Source: Burkholderiales bacterium (GTDB lineage Bacteria > Pseudomonadota > Gammaproteobacteria > Burkholderiales > JAEUOS01). Taken from it: a stretch of 64,000 bases of DNA. The position numbers and the translations under genes were made by a program. Below, in pieces: positions 33,741 to 41,854 of the stretch. The stretch is taken from assembly GCA_965279115.1 (NCBI GenBank), contig OZ257137.1, positions 732,224 to 796,223 of the forward strand. The letters run 5' to 3'. Position 1 is the stretch's first letter. Every line of letters begins with the position of its first letter. Below the pieces are notes generated by a model. It saw nothing but the letters and a program-made list of their open reading frames with translations. It had not been told where the DNA came from and searched no databases.

Positions 33741-34351
33741 AAACCGCTGCGACCGTGTACGTGATCGATGACGATTCCGCCGTGCGCGATTCGCTGGTGA
33801 TGCTGCTTGAACAACATGGCTTGCGGGCGGTCGCTTACCCGGGCGCGGCGGCGTTTCTGCAATCGGTGCCGCCCACCGCGCCCGGCTGCGCCGTCATTGA
33901 CGTTCGCATGCCCGGCACGGACGGCCTTGAGTTGCAGGAGCAGATGACCCGGCGCGGCTTCCTTCTCCCCGTCGTGATCCTAACCGGCCATGGCGACATT
34001 CCCATGAGTGTCAAGGCGATTCGCCGTGGTGCAGTCAACTTTCTCACCAAACCGGTCTCGGCCGGCGCGCTGGTCCATGCGGTGCATGAGGCACTGGAAG
34101 AAGGCGAGCGCGCCTACCGTGCAGCCGGCGAAGTCCAGTCCGCCGGCGCGCGGCTGGCCAGCCTGACGACGCGGGAAAGCGAGGTGATGGGGCTGGCGCT
34201 GCAAGCCTTGCCCAACAAGGAGATCGCCCGCCAATTGGGCATCAGCCATCGTACCGTCGAAGTCCATCGGGCCCGCCTGATGCACAAGACCGGCGCGCAG
34301 ACCCTGCTGGAACTGGCGCGCCTGGTGGAAGCAACGCAGCAGCGGTCCTGA
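33737..34351 (+). CDS. response regulator, FixJ/NarL family (REC + LuxR-type HTH)
   Basis: The ATG overlaps the kinase stop (ATGA). REC domain: VYVIDDDSAVRDSL and AVIDVRMPGTDG. HTH: LTTRESEVMGLALQALPNKEIARQLGISHRTVEVHRARLMHK. Confidence 0.9.
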   Translation: MKTAATVYVIDDDSAVRDSLVMLLEQHGLRAVAYPGAAAFLQSVPPTAPGCAVIDVRMPGTDGLELQEQMTRRGFLLPVVILTGHGDIPMSVKAIRRGAVNFLTKPVSAGALVHAVHEALEEGERAYRAAGEVQSAGARLASLTTRESEVMGLALQALPNKEIARQLGISHRTVEVHRARLMHKTGAQTLLELARLVEATQQRS

Positions 34352-34409
34352 CGACCGGCTGTTCTTTCGCCGGCACGGGAAAAGCGGGCCGATAGGCGAC
34401 AATGGGCGC

Positions 34410-35255
34410 ATGAAGACCCCCAAGCGCCTGCAGTCCCTGCTCGAGGAAGGCCTGATCGACGATGTCGTTCGCCAGCTGATGAGCGGCAAGGAAGCCACGG
34501 TCTACGTGGTGCGCAGCGGCGACGATACGCTATGCGCCAAGGTGTACAAGGAAGCCACCCAGCGCAGCTTTCGCCAAGCGGTGGACTACACCGAGAACCG
34601 TCGGGTCAAGAACAGCCGCCAGGCGCGCGCCATGGCCAAGGGCACGCGCTTCGGGCGGCAGGCGCAGGAGGAGGCCTGGCAGAGTGCAGAGGTGGATGCC
34701 CTGTATCGCCTCGCCGCCGCCGGCGTGCGCGTGCCGGTGCCGCACAACTTTTTCGAGGGCGTCCTGCTGATGGAACTGGTGGTCGACGAGCATGGCGACG
34801 CCGCACCGCGGCTCAATGATGTGCTCTTCACCACCGAGGCCGCGATGGGGCACCACGCCACCCTGATACGCGACGTGGTGCGCATGCTGTGCGCGGGCGT
34901 CGTGCACGGCGACCTGTCGGAATTCAACATCCTGCTGGCCGCCGACGGTCCGGTCATCATCGACCTGCCTCAGGCGGTGGACGCCGCGGGCAACAACCAC
35001 GCCAGTCGCATGCTGTTGCGCGACGTGCAGAACCTGCGCGATTTCTTCGGTCGTTACGCGCCCGAATTGCTGACAACCGAGTATGGCCACGAGATCTGGG
35101 ATCTCTACGCACGCGGCCTGCTTACCCCCGAGACCAAGCTGGCGGGTCTCTACGAGGCGCCTTCCGGGCCTGTTGATGTGGGCAGCGTGCTCGATGTCAT
35201 CGAAGATGCCGCGGCCGAGGAAGCCGCGCGACTGCTGCGCATTTCGGCCGTCTAG
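34410..35255 (+). CDS. RIO1-like atypical serine protein kinase
   Basis: Contains GKEATVYVV...CAKVYK (ATP-binding Lys), VHGDLSEFNILL (RIO catalytic loop) and VIIDLPQAV (metal-binding Asp). Confidence 0.85.
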   Translation: MKTPKRLQSLLEEGLIDDVVRQLMSGKEATVYVVRSGDDTLCAKVYKEATQRSFRQAVDYTENRRVKNSRQARAMAKGTRFGRQAQEEAWQSAEVDALYRLAAAGVRVPVPHNFFEGVLLMELVVDEHGDAAPRLNDVLFTTEAAMGHHATLIRDVVRMLCAGVVHGDLSEFNILLAADGPVIIDLPQAVDAAGNNHASRMLLRDVQNLRDFFGRYAPELLTTEYGHEIWDLYARGLLTPETKLAGLYEAPSGPVDVGSVLDVIEDAAAEEAARLLRISAV

Positions 35256-35282
35256 GCGCGTCGCCGGCGCCCGCCCGGGCGC

Positions 35283-36518
35283 TCACGCAGAAAAGCGTCC
35301 ATCCGCACCCAGCGGCAGGTAGGGGTGCGCCCGCGTGCGGGCCGCATCGACCTCCAGTACCGCCCGCCCGAGGGCGGCCAGGAACGGCAAGCCGGTTTCC
35401 CGGTACTCGTAGCGGCCGTCGTTGAGGACATCATCTTCATTGACGTAAAGCGAGGCGGACAGAAAGAACTCCGCGCCGCGCGTGGTATCGCAGACATATG
35501 CGCAATCGGCCAGGTAACCGAACGAGCGCCCCACCTTGTTGAACGAACGCACGCCTGCAGGCAACGCCTGCGCGCCACCGCCGCCCACCAGGTACTTGGC
35601 ATGTGACGGGGGATAGGCGCGTTCATCGTAGAGCGGGTCGGCGCATTCCGCCGGCAACATGCCCATGCATTGCCGCAGATACTGGTGGGCCGCCGCATCA
35701 AGGCGAAAGCGCCGCGCCGGCGCGACCGCCTCGGGCATGACGATGGCCATGAGCATGGCGTGCGCCTCGTCGAGCGGCATGAAATTGCTGTCCGAGAAAT
35801 CGTGCGGACCCGGTATGGTCTTGCGGCCATCCACCCAGGCGCGCCCCTTGTGCGCCCGACCGTGCGGGAAGGCGCGCACCTCGACCGTGGTCGCGGCATC
35901 GACGCGCGCGAGGACCTCGCGCCTGGCATCGACAAACTCGCTCATGCCGCTAGCCCGGTTTTCGGCAGGGGAACATGGCGCGATGCGCGCGATGATGCGG
36001 CTCATCGGACAGCCCATGTCCGAGAGCCGCGCATGGATGCGGTCCTGGCCGAGCAGGTCATACAGGCGGTTGAAGGGTTCGTTTTCGCTGGCCACGAACA
36101 TGCGGCGAATGGAGCGCGCCACCGATTCAGGCTGGAGAGTGGTGCGCGGCCAACAACGTGGCTGGCCGCGTTGCACGATAAGCGAGTCGCGTCCGACGCC
36201 GCGCTGCGCGAATTCGGCCACCCGCTCCAGCGCCAGCGCGGCGACCGGCAGTTTGACCAGGCTGGCCGGGGCGAACCAGCGCTCGGGAACGACGCCGTGG
36301 CGGATATGCGTCAATTGCGGAGCAGCGCCGGGACGTCGGTCGATGCGGGTGTAGATCACCTGTAGTTCAAAGCGCGGGTCACGCCAGATGTCGGCCATGC
36401 CCGCGCCGGTCGCGCCGCGGATCGCATCCAGCGCATTGACGGCGCCGGTGACGGCCGGCCAAACCGCCGGCGCTGCCGCCATGCCGGCCACTGCGCGGAG
36501 AAACCGGCGCCGGTTCAC
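35283..36518 (-). CDS. exported serine hydrolase with beta-lactamase/transpeptidase-like fold (Tat signal)
   Basis: The GTG start overlaps the upstream stop (GTGA). Twin-arginine leader MNRRRFLRAVAGMAAAPAVWPAVTGA. Contains S-x-x-K (FAPASLVKLP), S-x-N-like VASENEPFN and K-x-G-like FNKVGRSFG. The subclass cannot be determined by eye. Confidence 0.75.
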   Translation of the reverse strand: MNRRRFLRAVAGMAAAPAVWPAVTGAVNALDAIRGATGAGMADIWRDPRFELQVIYTRIDRRPGAAPQLTHIRHGVVPERWFAPASLVKLPVAALALERVAEFAQRGVGRDSLIVQRGQPRCWPRTTLQPESVARSIRRMFVASENEPFNRLYDLLGQDRIHARLSDMGCPMSRIIARIAPCSPAENRASGMSEFVDARREVLARVDAATTVEVRAFPHGRAHKGRAWVDGRKTIPGPHDFSDSNFMPLDEAHAMLMAIVMPEAVAPARRFRLDAAAHQYLRQCMGMLPAECADPLYDERAYPPSHAKYLVGGGGAQALPAGVRSFNKVGRSFGYLADCAYVCDTTRGAEFFLSASLYVNEDDVLNDGRYEYRETGLPFLAALGRAVLEVDAARTRAHPYLPLGADGRFSA

Positions 36519-37675
36519 CGCATCGACACCTGCCGCGCGGTATTGGTTGCGGCGCGCTTCTCGAACACCTGCAGGTTGCTGCTGCCGGGACGGTGGCTGT
36601 AGCCAATACCGGAATCAAGCGGATGCGCGTTGCGCGCGTAGGCCTCGCGCAACGCGTCCTGGCGGCGCTCCTTGAACAGCGCGATCGGCCGGGAATACGA
36701 ACCGTACAGGCGGCCATTCCATTGCGTCGATGCATAGGCGGTGAAGGGGATCCCCGAGTCGTCCTGCAGCACCATGCTGGCCCGCTCCAGCACCAGGCTG
36801 CGCGCGACGCTGAACTCGGCGCGATGCAAAAGGTAGGAGGCGGCTTTCAGGAACACCGGTCCGGCGCCCAGGGAGCGCACATGGCGCTCCACTTGTGGCG
36901 TTCTGGCCAGCGCGCGATCGCTCAGGTCGGCCTGCAGGTAGACCAGTTCGCGCGTGGCCGGCTTGCCCGGCTCGGCCAGTTGCAGGCGTACCCCGCCAAT
37001 GCCGCCGTGCTGCGCCATGCCCATGCACAGCGCGCCGTCTTCGTTCAGGTGGACGGCGTCGACCGCGCGCACGTCAAAGCCGCCGCGCGCCGCCATGGCC
37101 ATCATGATCGGTGCCACGCCGGCCAGCTTGCCGCGCTTCAGGTCTTCTTTCATGGCGTTGGTACGGAAAAAGCTCAGGCGCAAGAGGGTCGACATCGACT
37201 GGCGCAGCTGCGCCAGGCTCGCTGCCGCCTGTGCTTCATTCATCTGCGGCCATGCCGGTGCCGTGCCCGGGTCTTCCAGGCCGATCAGGAGGTAACGCGG
37301 CGCGCGCGGAAAAAGGGTGTGCGCGTACATGAAATCGGGGCCGCTGAATGGGTAATACAGCGGGCCGCGCGATCCTTCGAGCGCGTCGACCTCGCGTTCC
37401 GAAAATCCGCGCCACAAGGCAAGCGCCCGCTCGCGGGTGCGCGCCCAGTTCACATCCATGGCCGCGGCATGTGTTCGCCAGAAGCCTGTCGCGCTGATCT
37501 CGCTGCCGTGTACCCCGGTCGGCCGCATGCCGGCCAGCAGGCGGCCGTTGGCCTGCATGACTTCCGCCGCTTCCGCCGCCGGCGTCGAAGGTGCAACGCA
37601 CGCTGCCGGCGCGGCGCTGGCGGCAAGCATGGAGACGCCCAGGGCAAGGGCTGCAAAAGCACGCGGGATGGTCAT
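36515..37675 (-). CDS. exported hypothetical protein, unknown family (386 aa)
   Basis: ATG 37675 gives a Sec-type signal peptide MTIPRAFAALALGVSMLAASAAPAA. The codon usage is G+C-rich. Conserved-looking segments include GPLYYPFSGPDFMYAHTLFP and VFLKAASYLLH, but I recognise no family. The track ORF adds 27 upstream codons. Confidence 0.65.
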   Translation of the reverse strand: MTIPRAFAALALGVSMLAASAAPAACVAPSTPAAEAAEVMQANGRLLAGMRPTGVHGSEISATGFWRTHAAAMDVNWARTRERALALWRGFSEREVDALEGSRGPLYYPFSGPDFMYAHTLFPRAPRYLLIGLEDPGTAPAWPQMNEAQAAASLAQLRQSMSTLLRLSFFRTNAMKEDLKRGKLAGVAPIMMAMAARGGFDVRAVDAVHLNEDGALCMGMAQHGGIGGVRLQLAEPGKPATRELVYLQADLSDRALARTPQVERHVRSLGAGPVFLKAASYLLHRAEFSVARSLVLERASMVLQDDSGIPFTAYASTQWNGRLYGSYSRPIALFKERRQDALREAYARNAHPLDSGIGYSHRPGSSNLQVFEKRAATNTARQVSMR

Positions 37676-37813
37676 GGTCGCAAAGTCCAAAGTTGGGCGC
37701 CGCCAGCGGGCGCAGGCTCCAGGCCTTTCAAGCATCCCACAACAACGCCTAGGCAATCGCCCAAAAAGGCGTACGAAACACCTGCCTGCGGCGAAACGAT
37801 CGCGACAGGCGGC

Positions 37814-39346
37814 TCACGCCGATTCGCCCCGCGTGCGCCGCATGCCCGCATCCAGCGGGTAGATCGGCCGCCGGACCCGCTCGAAACTGAAGATGGCGTT
37901 GTCCGAACTCGTGACACCCGGCCCCGCGCACGGCACCACGGCGGCAGCCAAGGGCTCGAACACCGGGCGGAAATACATGCGCGACTTGAGCAGCAGAAAG
38001 CGAGCAGCGCGGGGATCGATGCCGACCGACTCGAAACAGCCGATATCGAGTGGCTCCTGCGGCTGCGAGGTCACCACGATCTGCGCGCGGCCGGTATCGA
38101 GCACGGCAGTGCGGCCCATGAAAAGCCGGTCGCCGGTGAAGATGGGGCCGGTGACGACATACTCGCCATCGCTGATCACCCGCACCCGGCCGGTCAGTTC
38201 GAGCGGCACAGGATTGGGCACGCCGATGCGCGGCATTGGCGTCTTGTTGCCCAGTTTCACCGTCACCTCGGCACCGATGCCGGCGGCCGCCATCTGCGCC
38301 ACGACCTGCGGGTCGCAGGTGGGGCCGACGACGATGCCCTCGAAACCGGCCTCGAGCGCAGCGCGCAGCACATCGATGGTGTCGCAGGTACCGCCGGACA
38401 TGACGTTGTCGCCGTGGTCCATGAGGATCACCGGCTTGCCATTGGCCTTTTCCGCCGCCTTGCGCGCACGCGCGATGGACTGCGCCAGCGACTCCTGGCG
38501 GAAGATGAATCCGGCGCGGCGCGACCAGAGGAAATCGGCGCCCCACTCGGCGGTGCGCTGCGCCAGCGCCGCAGCACCACGTCGCCTGGCGTCGGCCACC
38601 ACCACCACGCTCATGCCGGCGTCCGGCGTGTCGGCCTGCGGGAAGCCGCCGAACACGCTGCAGGCAAGGATGCCGGGATCGCGCTCGCGCCACCTGGCGC
38701 CTTCCAGCGCCGCCTTCATGGCGCCCAGGTTGGTATTCATGCCGAGCGTCTGGGCCAGCACGCGCGCGTGGGCATAGCCGATCACGGGCTTGATCCGGCC
38801 GTCGAGCATATCGAACAGCAGCCGGCCGGCGTGCTCGCCGGTTTCGTACATGTCGATGTGCGGATAGGTCTTGAAGCCGACGATGATGTCGGCGTTGTCG
38901 ACGATCTTGCGGCTGATGTTGCCGTGCAGGTCCAGCGCAACGGCCAGTGGCGTGGCGGGGGCTATGGCGCGGATGCGTTCGAGCAGGTCGCCCTCGCCGT
39001 CCGGGCTGTTCTCGGCCACCATGGCGCCGTGCAGGTCCAGCAGGATCGCGTCGCAGCCGCGCGCCACGGCCGCGCAGATGGTGTCGCACATGTGGGTGTA
39101 GGCGGCAGCCTCGACGGGAGCGCTCGGGTAGGCCATGCCGGCCAGCGGGGTTTCGATCTCGCAGCCGCGCGCTTCGGCCAGCGCGAGGAAGGCGCCCATG
39201 GCGACACGCGCGCCGGTCATGGCGCGGCGGGCGTCGGCGCCATAGTAGGGCCCCTTGCCATTGCCGGTGCCGAAGGCGGCCAGCGGCGTGGGCACCGGTG
39301 AGAAGGTGTTGGTTTCGTGCTGCATGCGGGCGATGACAACGCGCAT
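37814..39346 (-). CDS. M81-family metallopeptidase (MlrC-like)
   Basis: The N-terminus MRVVIARMQHETNTFSPVPT is the MlrC N-terminal-domain hallmark. Also contains AILLDLHGAMV and ILMDHGDNVMSGG. No signal peptide. An AGGAGG RBS precedes the start. Confidence 0.85.
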   Translation of the reverse strand: MRVVIARMQHETNTFSPVPTPLAAFGTGNGKGPYYGADARRAMTGARVAMGAFLALAEARGCEIETPLAGMAYPSAPVEAAAYTHMCDTICAAVARGCDAILLDLHGAMVAENSPDGEGDLLERIRAIAPATPLAVALDLHGNISRKIVDNADIIVGFKTYPHIDMYETGEHAGRLLFDMLDGRIKPVIGYAHARVLAQTLGMNTNLGAMKAALEGARWRERDPGILACSVFGGFPQADTPDAGMSVVVVADARRRGAAALAQRTAEWGADFLWSRRAGFIFRQESLAQSIARARKAAEKANGKPVILMDHGDNVMSGGTCDTIDVLRAALEAGFEGIVVGPTCDPQVVAQMAAAGIGAEVTVKLGNKTPMPRIGVPNPVPLELTGRVRVISDGEYVVTGPIFTGDRLFMGRTAVLDTGRAQIVVTSQPQEPLDIGCFESVGIDPRAARFLLLKSRMYFRPVFEPLAAAVVPCAGPGVTSSDNAIFSFERVRRPIYPLDAGMRRTRGESA

Positions 39347-39404
39347 CGGGAGGCCTCCTGTCGGGTCGCGGTGGATTATGTCAGCATGGCCGCGGGCGCT
39401 GCGT

Positions 39405-40310
39405 TCAGCCCTTGCGCGCGGGCGGTCGTGTCGCCAGGAAAATGCCGGGCAGGATCAGCGCGGCGCCGACAAAGTGGAAAGGGCGTATCGCTTCACCCAG
39501 CACCGACCAGGCCAGGCCCGCCGAGTACAGCGGGCCGAGATACAGCACCACGCCCACGCGCGCCGCGCCGAGTTCGCGCTGCATGAAGGAATAGGAAAGA
39601 TAGGCGCCTACGCCGGGAAATACCGCCAGCGCGACCATGTAACCCAGCGTCGTCAAGGTCATGGCCGTGGGCATGTAGGCGAACGCCTCGACGATGGTGA
39701 AAGGCACCAGGATCAAGACCCCTGCCCAGCAGGTGAGCGCCAGTCGCGCGATGTTGCCAAAGACGGTCGGCCAGGCCTTGAGCAGCAACGCATAGATGGT
39801 CCATGACAAGGCGGCGGTCAGGATCCACAGGTCACCGACGGTGAACTCCACGTTTGCCAGCGCCCCCCATTGCCCCTTCAACACCACATGCAGCACGCCG
39901 GCCAGCGCCAGCGCGACGCCGGACGCCTGGGCCATGCCCATGCGCTCCTTGAGGGCGAACGTGGAAACGAGTGCGATCAGCACCGGAGAGATCGCATACA
40001 GGAGGCCGATGTTGGTGGCCGACGTGGTGCGCGCGCCGATGTACACAAAGGCACCGCAGATCCACATGCCGAGCAGGCCGAACACCAGCAACTGACGCGC
40101 TTCCTTGCGGATCGCGGCACGGTTGGCGGAGATTTCGTTCCAGGACAAGGCGGTCAGGATCACCGCCGCCAGGAACCAGCGACCGAGCGCCAGGGCATGC
40201 GGCGCCACTGTCGCCACGGCGGAGCGGGCCACCAGGTAATTCACTCCCCACAGCGCCGGCGTGACGAACAACAGGATGTAGGCGAGGCGCAGTTTTCGGG
40301 CGGGGGTCAA
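39405..40310 (-). CDS. DMT-superfamily transporter (EamA domain pair)
   Basis: Ten hydrophobic segments. Contains LRLAYILLFVTPALWGVNYLVARSA and LLAVFPGVGAYLSYSF. The track start TTG 40370 lies inside the T-tract of a terminator, so I moved the start to TTG 40310. The start remains uncertain. Confidence 0.7.
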   Translation of the reverse strand: MTPARKLRLAYILLFVTPALWGVNYLVARSAVATVAPHALALGRWFLAAVILTALSWNEISANRAAIRKEARQLLVFGLLGMWICGAFVYIGARTTSATNIGLLYAISPVLIALVSTFALKERMGMAQASGVALALAGVLHVVLKGQWGALANVEFTVGDLWILTAALSWTIYALLLKAWPTVFGNIARLALTCWAGVLILVPFTIVEAFAYMPTAMTLTTLGYMVALAVFPGVGAYLSYSFMQRELGAARVGVVLYLGPLYSAGLAWSVLGEAIRPFHFVGAALILPGIFLATRPPARKG

Positions 40311-40358
40311 GCGTCTGTCGCGGGTCGGGGTTGCAGGGCGGTCGCAAGCTGCGCCCGC

Positions 40359-40394
40359 ACACAAAAACAAAACGGGGCGCCTTGCAAGCGCCCC
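40359..40394 (-). terminator. rho-independent terminator after the aminotransferase gene
   Basis: On the minus strand the sequence reads GGGGCGC-TTGCAAG-GCGCCCC followed by GTTTTGTTTTTGTGT. It begins 25 nt after the stop at 40420. Confidence 0.7.
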
Positions 40395-40419
40395 GCTTCG
40401 GATTGTAAAGCGGTGAAGG

Positions 40420-41748
40420 TCAGTCGATCGTCGCCAGCACTTCCGAAATGGTCGAAAAGATGCGGTCGATTTGCGCCTTTTCGACGATCAGCGGCGGCGA
40501 AACCGCGATGATGTCGCCGGTAGTGCGCACCAGGAGGCCTTTGGCGAAGCACTTGGTAAGCGCCTCGTAGGCGCGCTTGCCGGCGGCGCCGGGACGCGGC
40601 TCCATCTCGATGCCGGCCACCAGGCCGTAGTTGCGGATGTCGATCACATGCCGCGCGCCCTTGAGCGCATGCGCCGCCTGCTCGAAGTACGGGGCGAGTT
40701 CGCCGGCGCGCTGGAACAGCTGCTCGCGCTCATACAGGGCCAGCGTGGCATTGGCCGCCGCGCAGGCCACCGGGTGGGCCGAGTAGGTGTAGCCGTGCAT
40801 GAACTCCATGCCGCCTTCGGGCGTGGCTTCGATGATGGCGTCGTGCACTTCCTGCTTGATGGCAACGGCGCCCATCGGGATGGTGGCGTTGTTGATCGCC
40901 TTGGCCATGGTCATGATGTCGGGCTTGACGCCGAAGGCGTCGTAGGCGAACGCGCCGCCCAGGCGGCCGAAGCCGGTGATGACCTCGTCGAATATGAGCA
41001 GAATGCCGTGCTTGTCGCAGATGGAGCGCAGCTTCTCCAGGTAGCCCTTGGGCGGCAGCAGCACGCCGGTGGAACCGGCCATCGGCTCGATGATCACCGC
41101 GGCGATGTTGGAAGCGTCGTGCAGGGCGACGATACGCTCGAGTTCGTCGGCGAACTCGGCGCCGAAAGCCGGCTGGCCCTTCGAGAACGCGTTGCGCTTG
41201 ATGTCGTGGGTGGCCGGCAGGTGGTCCACGCCCGGCAGCATGCTGTTGCCGAACACCTTGCGGTTGCCCGGGATGCCGCCGACGCTCATGCCGCCGAAGT
41301 TGACGCCGTGGTACGAGCGCTCGCGGCCGATGAAGCGGGTGCGACCGGTGTCGCCACGCGCGCGGTGGTAGGCCAGCGCGATCTTGAGGGCGGTGTCGGC
41401 CGACTCGGAACCCGAGTTGGTGAAGAAGATGCGGTTCAGCCCCGGCGGGGTGATGGCAGCCAGGCGGCTGGCGGTCTCGAACGCGAGTGGGTGGCCCATC
41501 TGGAACGAGGGTGCGAAATCCATGCGCGCCACCTGCTCCTGAACCGCCTTGACGATCTCGTCCCGGCAATGGCCGGCCGCCACGCACCACAGCCCGGCGC
41601 AGCCGTCGAGCACTTCGCGGCCGTCGGGCGTCTTGTAGTACATGCCCTTGGCTTCGGACAACAGGCGCGGCGCCTGCTTGAACTGGCGGTTGGCGGTGAA
41701 CGGCATCCAGAACGATGCGAGGTCCTGCTGCAGGTCGGTCATGTCCAT
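40420..41748 (-). CDS. class III aminotransferase (omega-amino acid/beta-alanine--pyruvate transaminase-like)
   Basis: ATG 41748 follows a GAGGAG RBS. Contains MDMTDLQQDLASFWMPFTANRQFKQAPRLL, FFTNSGSESADTALK, LLIFDEVITGFGRLG and the Lys region DIMTMAKAINN. Confidence 0.85.
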   Translation of the reverse strand: MDMTDLQQDLASFWMPFTANRQFKQAPRLLSEAKGMYYKTPDGREVLDGCAGLWCVAAGHCRDEIVKAVQEQVARMDFAPSFQMGHPLAFETASRLAAITPPGLNRIFFTNSGSESADTALKIALAYHRARGDTGRTRFIGRERSYHGVNFGGMSVGGIPGNRKVFGNSMLPGVDHLPATHDIKRNAFSKGQPAFGAEFADELERIVALHDASNIAAVIIEPMAGSTGVLLPPKGYLEKLRSICDKHGILLIFDEVITGFGRLGGAFAYDAFGVKPDIMTMAKAINNATIPMGAVAIKQEVHDAIIEATPEGGMEFMHGYTYSAHPVACAAANATLALYEREQLFQRAGELAPYFEQAAHALKGARHVIDIRNYGLVAGIEMEPRPGAAGKRAYEALTKCFAKGLLVRTTGDIIAVSPPLIVEKAQIDRIFSTISEVLATID

Positions 41749-41768
41749 GGCGAACTCCTCTTCGAAAG

Positions 41769-41840
41769 ATGCCTCTATCTTAGGCATGGCAAATGCACTT
41801 GAGCGCCGATTTGCCGCATAATCATGCGGGATTCCCGCAT
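41769..41840. promoter_or_regulatory. array of ATGC(C/G)-type inverted repeats in the aminotransferase/AsnC divergent region; candidate operator
   Basis: ATGCCT-N7-AGGCAT at 41769-41787. CCGCAT-N4-ATGCGG at 41814-41829. A 17-bp palindrome ATGCGGGAtTCCCGCAT at 41824-41840, 15 nt before the AsnC ATG. Confidence 0.45.
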
Positions 41841-41854
41841 TTGACGGCAATTAA

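Noticed and set aside
36593-39301. 902-aa plus-strand ORF across the hypothetical and M81 peptidase region
   Set aside because: It is antisense to two minus-strand genes with a signal peptide and the ETNTFSP hallmark respectively. Its sequence is low in complexity and Arg/Gly/His-rich.
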